Positions 50,562-61,300 of a stretch of DNA of 64,000 nucleotides are shown here, piece after piece. The notes beneath the pieces were generated by a model, which saw only the letters and a list, made by a program, of their open reading frames with translations, searched no databases and was not told the origin of the DNA. The stretch's first letter is position 1, and each line of letters starts with the position of its first letter. This stretch comes from Blasia pusilla. Taxonomy: Eukaryota. Made by a program: the position numbers and the translations under genes. The stretch is from positions 40,362,001 to 40,426,000 of the forward strand of contig CM114271.1 in assembly GCA_050084515.1 (NCBI GenBank). The letters run 5' to 3'.

Positions 50562-50980
50562 AAAGGTGTGCACATTCTCTCATGTCAAACTAAATCCACT
50601 CTCTTAATGAGAAGTTTGGGTTACACTCACAAGACAAGGGATCATAGTTCCGCCGCCTTATGCCAAGAGGTTAAACAAAAAAAGAATGAGCTCTCAAGTT
50701 CTCTTTGGGAGGTATATCCCTTTCCTTCTCCCAAGTCCTCTTAATGGTAACCTATACTCGCAGGTCACCTCCCAGGCTCTTGACCTGCCGTAACTTGTCA
50801 AGGGCCATTTCCAAAAGTGGAAAGTCAACTGTCCCCAACATGGAAACTTACTTGAAATAGTAAGTTTCTCTATATGGTTCCAAATGAGCCAAAACGAAGG
50901 GGAAACCTGCTCTCTCAAGTTTTTCGGGGCCTCAACAGGTCATCCTCGACCTGTTGGGGCCCCGAAAAACAGTTGTGACA
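50562..50980 (-). mobile_element. 'LTR-X' copy c (truncated), abutting the 3' LTR remnant of copy 2
   Basis: Begins TGTCAC at 50980 (minus). Reverse-complement similarity to ~31710-32103. Confidence 0.7.
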
Positions 50981-51297
50981 GTTGTCGTGCGCATACACAT
51001 TACTACACAATATACATCGCTGTCATCGAACACACACACAAACACACACGATCCCATGCTAACTCATGGCATCCATACACAGAGGCAAGAAGAACCAAAA
51101 TATCTCCAATCGCCCCCCTAGCTGGTGGTTAGGTCCCTCTAACTCCAGATAGCCATCTATCCCTACCTACCATGACATACATCTCTAGGACGCTAAGAGA
51201 AGAAAGGTCGGATGCTCATGTGGCCCCATCGTTAGTCGCCTTCCTGTCATCCATGTCACAGAAAAAAGTCAGAATCGAAACCTACCTAGTATCTCCT

Positions 51298-51441
51298 CTA
51301 TGTACACCTGGGACACATCCATCGTCCCCGAGGAACCCTAGTGAGAGGTGACGTCAGACATGCCATATGCCAACCTCTCAAACATCCATCACAAGCTAGC
51401 ATCATGGCCGCACCACGAGCAGAACCACACAACATACAACG
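51298..51441 (-). other. PHD zinc finger at the integrase C-terminus of copy 2
   Basis: CMLCGSARGAAMMLACDGCLRGWHMACLTSPLTRVPRGRWMCPRC has canonical Cys4-His-Cys3 spacing with W before the last CxxC. Confidence 0.92.
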
Positions 51442-54400
51442 CAAGCCTGTAGGAACTACTGCTGAGCTCGGATCTACTGTACCATCAATGTTAGGAAGGT
51501 GACATGGCGCACAATTACGCACATGGTCCTTCCATACCATACCATCGTGTCCCTCCAGCAAGAGAACACCCACTGGATGGCAAAACGTTACGCACTCTCA
51601 GGATAGTGCGCGCTGCAGTCATATCCAACGTCGTCCGTGCCGTTTGTTGCAAGTAGACATAATCTCCCTGATGAAACCTCCGGATAGTTGGTCGATAACC
51701 ACCACTCTGAATACTTGCATACCTCAACGTATCCCGATGTTGCGCAATCTTCCAGTTCTCGAACGCCATGGGAATCACTCTCCGAGACAACTTAGCCCTC
51801 TGAGAACATGCTCGCATCCATACATCTAGGTCATCAAGGTCCTGCACCTCGCCAGCATCTCGAAAAATAGCCGTAGGTAAATCTAGCTTTCGGCCATAAA
51901 GTAGCAAGTACGGTGAAAAAGACGCTAAGGATGTCTGCCTGCTGAATCTATATCCCATCGCCAACCACAGAAATTGGAGGTCCTAATCTCCTAGGTGACC
52001 TCTCTACAAGCCATACTTGCGTAAACCCCTCTTCACCGTCTGCACAACTCTCTCCGCTAATCCATCCGCCTCAGGATGATCTGGCGAAGTCGTGCGGTGG
52101 TCGATCAGCGCCTGATCACACAAGGCCTGAAACTCACCACGAAACTCGGTACCCTATTCTGTCAACACCTCAGCCGCTGCGCCATAATGACTCAGCACTC
52201 TGTCAAGGAAGGCATAAGCTACTCCCTCACTTGCTTTGTCAGGCAATGCAACCAACTCGATCCACTTCAAGAAGTGCTCGACCATCACCAACACATAACG
52301 AATGTGAAACTCCGTCAAAGGCAAAGGTCCTGCAAAATCCAAACTCCATCTATACCCTAAGCCCATGATCGGTAATGGATGCAACTATGGAGTCAGAGCA
52401 TTGAACGATGCTCGAACCCGATCACACACCATGCACCTGGCAACAAATTGCTGAACGTCAATGTGCATGCCTCGCCACCAATACTGAATCTGGAGCAAGA
52501 TGGACGTCCGCTTCACCCCAAAGTGACCCAACTCCTCGTGGGCATGCTGCACTAGTCATGCTCTCTGCAAAGGATGCGGCACTACGCGTACTCTACCATC
52601 CTCCCAAACCCTCAAAACATGTGTACCCTCCCAACGAAACCGTTTGGCCCGCTCTAGGATCCGAACCCGCTCTCTAGCACCCACGGTGCTCGCAACGCTG
52701 CCAATACGAAGGTACTCCAAGACTACTCCATCATCATGAATATCTCGGCCACCTATCGTCTCTTCACTCGCCTCGGGATCCAAGGACTCTCCACTAGACC
52801 TCGCCATCAAAATCTCCACACTGGCTCTCCATTGCCAACATGCCTAAGTAGGCTGACGCGTGCCATCTTGGCACCGACTCCTCATGACTCTCTCCATGCC
52901 ATCGAGCTCCAGTCGCATCTCGCTGACTCGGGCATGGATTACGACTCAACCCATCTGCATCTTGGTTGAGCGTCCCAGGTCTATGTACCACTTGAAAATC
53001 ATACTCCTGCAACAATAGAGCCCATCTCGCAAGCTTTCTTGTAAGCTTGTCGGATCCCATCAACCACTTCAATGGTTGATGATCAATGATGATGGTAAAG
53101 GGGTTGCCGAATAAGTAATACCTGAAATGCGCGACAACCCACACTACAACCTAGCACTCACTCTCATACGAGCTGTACTTTGCCTTTGCAGCGTTGTTCA
53201 AGCGGCTAGCGTAAGCCACCATGAACTCTCTATCCTCATCATCATGTTGGGTGAGCACCACTCCAAGCCCCAACATGCTCCAATCTGTGTGCAAATGGAA
53301 AGGACGCCCCCTGATCGGTCTCCTCAAGATGGACATCAATCTGTCCTTGAGCAGGTTAAATGCTCACTCCTGCTCATTCCCTCAGTGCCACTCATGATCC
53401 ACCTTGGTCAGCAAGGTCAGTGGCTTCGCAATCGAATGAATACCTTGACATATCGCCGATAGAAGTTCGTCAATCCAATGAATGCACGAACGCGGCTCAC
53501 ATCTGTAGGGCGTGGAATGCGTGAAATAGCCTCCACCTTTGTCTGTTGAACACCAAGGCCACCTAGGTATATCGTATGACCCAAGTACTCAATCAGGTTG
53601 TAGAAGAACTTACACTTGCCTGGATGTAGTTTTAGCCCATGTAACTGCAATCGTCGAAACACCTCCTCTAGATGTCGCTCATGCTCTTCAATCGTGGCAC
53701 TAAAGACTATGATTTCATCAATATAACATCTAGCAAAATCCAGACCTTCCAAGATCCTATCCATGACCCTCTGAAACTCAGTTGGGGCATTCTTTAACCC
53801 AAATGGTAAGAACCGCCACTGGTATAAACAATCCTTCCCGTGAGGATCGATGCCCCAAAATGCCGTCTTTTACCTATCCTCCAATCTGATAGGCAGCTGA
53901 TGGTATCCGGCTCGCAAATCCAATGAACTGAAGACCTTTGCATGACCAATTGTATCAAAGATCTCCTCAAGGATAGGCATGGCATATCTATCAGACTTCG
54001 TCTGCCGATTGATATGTTGGTAATCCCCAAACATCCGCCAATCCGTCCAGTTGCCATGCACATCCTTCTTGGCGGGCATGATAGTGGCAGATGCATACTC
54101 CCCATGCAACATCTCCACTAGTCCTACTCCGACCAAGTCTTGGCTCCTACTTTGAATCAGAGCCCTCTCCATATCACTGTACCTGTAAGGTCATCAGAAG
54201 ATCGGCGTATCACTCGACAACTCAATGCGGATCCCCGGTCGCATCAGCTTACCCAAATCCTCCATGCTAAACGCAAAGCAGCTCCTATAACTCCTAAGGA
54301 ACTGATGTATCCGGCGCCACTCTCCTCTTGTCAACTTAGGGCCCATATCTGGCTCCCAAGTCTCCATCGTGACTACGGTAGGACTCTCCGGGGCGAGTAT

Positions 54401-54699
54401 CGGTGGTTGCTATGGTGCAACCCCGTCTCAAACAAAAACACTCGGTCACTCTCTTGCAGCCAACTGCAAACTTGATCTCCTCCACGTGCAGTGCCCAGAA
54501 CCACGCTCGATGTTGTGGCTATCATCTCTTGGCGTACCTGGAAAACATCCAAAGAAGTCCAAGGGTATCTTTCCCGATCTCCCCTGGTGAGTAGATCTCC
54601 TCGTATCTCGCCCCCAGCCACTGCCTCCACCGTCTCGGTAGGTATGGGGCTCACCAACACAACCATTGTGATCTGTCGTAATCTCATACGGCAATGCTC

Positions 54700-55640
54700 A
54701 GCCACTCCCAAGCTGAGGATCCATGTCAAGCAATCCAGGTCCATCGCCTGACCCAAGACATGGCATCGTGATGCCTCTGACACTGACGGTACTGCCATCA
54801 CTCCTATGGGAAATCCCATCGCTCGCTCTCTCTTGTCGGCGTTGGGCTCCACCAACCGCTCAACCTGGTCATCCCAAACCAAGCCACGACCGGCCTCCTT
54901 GTTTGCATAGGAAGCGGGAAAACTCACAAACGTGGGCAAGGCTGCTCGCGGCGTGTCTACCCTGTTGACCATAGTCAACAGTGGTCGATCATTGTGCCTC
55001 ATTGCCTGTGATCGACGATCTAGATTCAGAATGGAATCCACTAACAAATGGGAGGGGCGCTCCACTCTCGCATACGCCCTCCGTAACACCGTATGGGGCA
55101 CCAAGTTGGTCCACCATAGACGCGGGCCATTGGCTCTAGAACCTACACTCGCCGCATCTAAGAACACTACTGGGCTGATCTAGGCATGCACATGATGAGC
55201 ACTAGTCACCACCCGTGACCTGGAGTCTCCTAAGATCGGCACATTCTCCAGAATGTAGGCTGGAGAATGAGACTGGTGCTCCTTCAACTGCCGTAAGACC
55301 CTCGACATCTCCCAAAACAACTTGGACCAAGTGTCAGCAATACTCGATTGGCCATGACATGGCCAACCGGAAATGACCAAATCAATGGTACCTATCTGCT
55401 CTAAGTCATGTGCCCCCAGCAACAAAATATCCCATGGTAGGGAACTCTGGTACCCCTATACCGCGGATGCAAACAATAAGTCGAGAAAACGTAGGCGTAA
55501 TTGCGCTCAATTTTGTAGTGAGACGCGAAACTTTCCACATACAGGTATTTTTGTACTCACACTCCTCCTTGCAAAAGAGCAGTTAACCTGGTGCTAATCC
55601 CTCCTTGAATCCCTCCAAAGAGATCTAACACTCGAATACC
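54700..55640 (-). pseudogene. C5 cytosine methyltransferase domain in copy 2
   Basis: IRVLDLFGG, IDLVISGWPCHG, YILENV, FLDAASVGSRANGPRLWWTNL, ERAMGFP and RCHVLGQAM across ORFs 55557-55766, 55180-55425 and 54373-55167. Confidence 0.9.
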
Positions 55641-58327
55641 CTCCTCCGCGATACACCACACAATGGGTGTGGTATCCAAGGGTGTCATCCTAGCACTCCT
55701 TGCTACCTCAGGTTCCTCAGAGCCATCACGCTCCGGTGCAAACGCCTCGCTCCACGCGGTCTGCACGTGCTCATTGCCAATCGTCGAAGCTCCTCAATCA
55801 AGCCCTACAACGGCACCTCTCCTCCACGGAATGATGCGGCTACCATAACACTCCTCTCCATAGAAATGTCAGGAATGGGAGTATCCTCTGCATGGACATG
55901 TCCCTCAATCAAATCACTAGGCCAAGTGATGGCACTGCTAAATGCTGCTAAGGTCGCCACCTCTCTTGGCCGTCGCTCGATCACTGCACATGTGAATCGA
56001 ATGGGTAATGAACTAAGGCGCCCATCACCTGACTGCCATCTTGGTCTGTAGGACGCTAACTCCTCCTAGTAATCCAAGGAAAACCCCATCGGTTATAACA
56101 CTGCTCCACCAACCAAGATGTCGTAGGACTCTGCATCAGTCACTATCGCCGTGGCTTGCACCACGGACTCATCTGTAGGATGTCCGAGGCGAATCCTCAC
56201 CACGACCTCCTATCGGGTGATCCAGGATGTTTGTATCCAGAATGGACAACGCTCCACATCGGCTCTCGTCAAGCCCAATCCTCTGAATGACGCTTTCCCC
56301 AACATGAGGCGTTACGCTCCTGGATCCAACAAGACGCGGTGCGGACTAAAAGCTCTACCTCCAGGACTCATCATCTGGAAGACCTCTCCTTGGTTATCCA
56401 GCAACACAACACAAGGAGAAGCCATGGCACCCTCTATCGCAGGTCTAGCGGGCATCTCCGCCATCCTAGCAGCTCCAGCCTGCCATGAATCTAACGTGGA
56501 CGGCCCGAGCATCCGCTCCAAAGGCAGCTCCATCACCTCCTCTGTAATCACCTCTAAACGTGATGCAGAAACTCCAACTCCGAGCTCACATAGTGAAGCG
56601 GCCAGCCGAAAAGCCTCGGCGGGCGTTAGGATTTAGGGTAAAGCCCCGGTGTGCGTACCCCCAACGTCATAACATCGGAAGCACAAAATAAAGGAGTGCG
56701 GTACGGAACGATGGCTGCCCCCAACAACATGCTCGACACATGCCCCTCCTGAGCATCAACAATAGGAGTCGTCACACTTGCTTCTCCCATCGCCCTCCGT
56801 GCCTGCACACCAACAACATCACCAACTCTCTAAGAACTTTGATGAGGACCCATCGATGGGGTCCTCATCGCTTCGGACAACGTGAAAGACTGAGGAAGCC
56901 TAGTCTATTTTCTGGCTTCCCCTCGGTGTGGATCCAACTTTGCGGCTACTCCACGCATCACAATTGCCGCGGCCTCCATCTAGGAAACCCCGCACATTCA
57001 ACCAGGATCCTCCATATCTCTGGCTGCTCCATATGATGTTAATGCCACAGATTTGGCATCGGGTAACCTCAATGCCATAGCGGCAATCTTCTCCTGTAGT
57101 TTTTGTATGTGAGCAACCATCCCAGCCTCACGTCCGGCATCTCCCTTGGCGCGTCTAGGTGGTGGTACTCTACTTCCTCCACGGGCAGCTCCACCACCCT
57201 GTCGGGCAACTCCAGCTCCTCGTCCCCCAACGGGACCACCTGATCCACGATCTCTAGGCCCACCCGGACCGGCTACTCGCTCTGGTGCCTTCTCTGGCCC
57301 TTGGTCCGGACGTAACTCAAGATGTAAACTGAAACACCTTGGCGTGTGTATGACCATACCTCTGACATTAGTCACACTGATAATCTCTTGGTGCAGCACC
57401 ATCTCCTCTTCCATGTTGAGGCACACGTCCATGATGCTCACGAGTGCAATCGCGGTGATGATGGGCTCCACCACATGACCAACAAGTAATAGTAGGCGGC
57501 TGCTGCTGAGCCGCATATGAAGGCGCGGGTCTTTGTGGCACGGCCTCTCGGTATCCTCCTTGAGCTCGTGGTGCCACAATCGACCTATCTCGGAGTCCAC
57601 GTTGTTGCATATGTGGTGCTGCCAATCATGACTGCTCTCCCCCAGAACCCATGGTGGCTACGCTCTCCTCCGCCATGTTGCGCTCAATGTTCTCGGCGGT
57701 CCTAAAAACATCTCTAAACGTAGGGGAGGTGTTCATAAGAAGCACCCCCTCCCGCACCCATGTGCGCAGGGTCCGGTCCAGCATCACGTACCATGACTGG
57801 ATAGCCTGAGCCTCTGTCATCCCTTGAGTGACGTTGATCAACCGGCGCAAGCGAGTGTAAGCCTCCCGCAAACTCTCACATGGGCGCCTATGGAAGTCGT
57901 GGATGCTCCGCAACTTCTCCGTATGTACCCCTTGGTAACTCGCCTCAACTCAGCAAAGAACTCAATCACAGGGTTGAACCTAGGGACGAACCCGACTAGA
58001 TGGTGCAACTGCTCCAGTGCGAGTGACCCCTCCTAAAACGTCACTAGTGGAAGAGGAAGTAGCCTCTCCTCACATCTCCTCCTCATCTGGGAACGGCTCC
58101 GTCCATGACACATAATGTGGGTCATATTAGAGCCTCCACGCCTCAATCTCACGTGCATATCTCTGAGAGAACTCATGGTAATCGTCCATGGGCGCCCCCT
58201 CCAAATGCTGGAACATACCGTTCCATGTTGTAAACGGGTTGAACTCTCTAGAGTTCCTGGCCCGCCGGGAGTCGCATCAAGTCCTAAACTTGCTATGAAA
58301 TCGTGCAACTCAATCATGCCTACTGCC

Positions 58328-61300
58328 TAATTGCAATTGTCAAAACACCTCCTCTAGATGTTGCTCGTGCTCCTCAACCGTGGCGCTAAAGACTACGATG
58401 TCATCAATATAACACCTAGCAAAATCTAGACCAGCCAAGATCCTATCCATGACCCTCTGAAACTCAGCCGGGGCGTTCTTTAACAAATGGTAAGAACCGC
58501 CCTTTGGTACAAACAATCCTTCCGTGAGGATCGATGCCCCAAAATGCCGTTTTTCTGCTGTCCTCCAATCGATAGGCGGTGATGGTATCCAGCTCGCAAA
58601 TCCAATGAACTGAAGACCTTTGCGTGACCAATCGCATCAAAGATCTCCTTAGGGGTGGGCATGGCATACCTATCGGACTTCGTCTGCCGATTGATAGGTC
58701 GGTAATCCCAACACATCCGCCTATCCGTCCGGTTGCCATGCACATCCTTCTTGGCGGGCATGACAGTGGCAGATGCATACTCCCCATGCGACATCTCCAC
58801 TAGTCCTGCTCCGACCAAGTCTTGGCTCCTACTCTGAATCAGAGCCCTCTCCATATCATTGTACCTGTAGGGTCGTCGGAAGATCGGCATATCACTCGAC
58901 AACTCAATGCGGATCCCGGTCCCTTCAAAGATACCCAAATCCTCCATGCTAAACGCAGCGGCTCCTATAACTCTTGAAGGCGATGTATTGGCGCCGCTCT
59001 CCTCCTGTCAACTTAGGGCCCATATCGGCTCCCAAGTCTCCATCGTGACTACGGTAGGACTCTCGCGGCGGGTATCGGTGGTTGCTATGGTGCAACCCCG
59101 TCTCGAACAACAACACTCGGCCGCTCTCTTGCAGCCAACTACAAACTCGATCTCCTCCACGTGCGAGTGCCGAAACCACGCTCGATCTTTGTGGCTATCA
59201 TCTCCTTGCGTACCTTCAAAACATCCCAAGAAGTCAAGGGTGTCTCTCCCGATCTCCCGTGGTGCGTAGATCTCCTCGGGTCTCGCCCCGACCCACGCTT
59301 TGCCTCCACCGTCTCGGTAGGCATGGGGCTCCAACGCTTATAACGGCCATTTGTGATGTCGCGATCTCATACGCGTTATTTGCTCGTAAGCAAGCATGTC
59401 ATCCATGTCAAGCGATTCAGGTCCATCGCTGACCCAAGACATGGCGTCGTGATGCCTCGACAGCGATGGTCTGCCGTCACTCTCTGGGAAATCCCATCGC
59501 CGCTCTCTCTCGTTGGCGTTGGGCTCCACCAACCGCTGAACCTGGTCATCCCAAACCAAGCCAGGACCGGCCTCCTTGTATGCATAGGAAGCGGAAAACT
59601 CACAAGCGTGGGCAAGGCGCGCGCGGCTGCCTACCCCTGTTGACCACGTCGGCGGTGGTCGATCATCGTGCCTCACTGCCTGTGATCGACGACCTGGATC
59701 CAGAATGGAATCCACTAACAAAGGGGAGGGGCGATCCACTCTCGCATACGCCCTCCATAACACCGCATGGGGCACCAAGTCGGTCCACCATAGACGCGGG
59801 CGATGGGCTCTAGAACATACACTCGCCGCGTCCAAGAACACTGCTAGGCCGCTCCAGGCACGCACCTCATGAGCACTCGTCACGACTTGTGACCTGGAGT
59901 CTCCTAAGATCGGCACATTCTCCAGAATGTAGGCTGGAGAACGAGACTGGTGCTCCTGCAACTGCCGTAAGACCCTCAACATCTCCCAAAACAACCTGGA
60001 CCGAGTGTCAGCCAACCCGCTGCCTCGTCCAGCACTCGATTGGCCCTGACATGGCCAACCGGCAATGACCAAATCAATGGTCCCTACCCGCTCTAAGTCT
60101 TGCGCCCCCAACAACAAAATATCCCTCGGTAGGGAACTCTGGTACCCCTGTACTGCGGACGCAGACAATAAGTCGGGAAAACGTAGGCGTAATTGCGCCA
60201 CATGTCGTAGTGAGACGCGCCTCGCAACATCATCACTCTCCACATACAAGTACTGCTGTACTCGCACTCCTGCCTGCAAAACAGCAGCTAACCCGGTGCT
60301 AATCCCTCCAAAGAGATCTAACACTCGAATACCCTCCTCCGGGGTACACCACACAATGGGTGTAGTATCCAAGGGTGTCATCATAGCACTCCCCGCTACC
60401 TCGGGTTCCTCAGACCCGTCACGCTCTGGTGCAAACGCCTCGCTTCCACGCGATGCGCACGTGCGATCGCCAATCGTTGAAGCTCCTCAGTCGAGCCCCA
60501 CAGCGGCACCTCTCCTCCACGGAATGATGCAGCTACCATAACACTCCTCTCCATAGAAATGTCAGGAACGGGAGTATCCTCTGCATGGACATGTCCCTCA
60601 ATCAAATCACTAGGCCAAGTGATGGCACTGCTAAATGCTACTAAGGTCGCCATCTCTCATGGCCGCGTTGCTCGATCCTTTCGCACTGTGAATCGAAGCG
60701 GGTAATGAGCTAAGGCGCCCATCACGACTTCCATCTGGTGCAGGGGGCGACTCCTCCCAATAATCCAGGGAAAACCCCATCGGGTATAACACTGCTCCAC
60801 CAACCAAGACATCGTAGGACTCAACATCAGTCACTATCGCCTTGGCGCGTACCACGGACTCATCTGTAGGATGTCCCGGGCGAATCCTCACCACGACCGC
60901 CTGTCGGGTGATATACTGTGTGGTACTCACTCCACCCAAGGATGTCTGTATCCAAAATGGACAACACTCCACATCGGCTCTCGTCAAGCCCAATCCTCTG
61001 AATGACGCTTTCCCCAACATCAAGGGTTGCGCTCCTGAATCCAACAAGACGCGCTGCGGACTAAAAGCTCTACCTCCATGACTCACCAACTGGAAGACCT
61101 CTCCTCGGTTATCCAGCAACACAACACCAGGAGAAGCCATGGCACGCTCTATCGCGGGTCTAGCAGGCATCTCCGCCATCCTAGCAGCCGCAGCCTGCCA
61201 TGAATATGACGTGGACGGCCCGAGCATCCGCTCCAAGGGCAGGTCCATCACCTCCTCTGCAATCACCTCTGAACGTGATGCGGGAACTCCCAACTCGGCG

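Larger units (their letters stand above)
50981..58327 (-). mobile_element. Methyltransferase-carrying Ty3/gypsy retrotransposon, copy 2 (degenerate, 5'-truncated in gag; retains 3' end, PPT and LTR start)
   Basis: Colinear with copy 1: gag, protease (LLDPGA), MTase ~55640-54700, RT ~54250-53420, RNase H (LHTDWS), integrase, full PHD with stop at 51298. Polypurine tract AGGGGGGCG at 51111-51119 (minus), then LTR start TGGAGATA at 51108. Confidence 0.93.

Noticed and set aside
59338-60384. Methyltransferase as a bacterial restriction-modification contaminant or stand-alone host DNMT gene
   Set aside because: It is intronless, colinear with protease and RT in three copies, lacks a partner endonuclease or host regulatory domains, and is interspersed with intron-rich plant genes.
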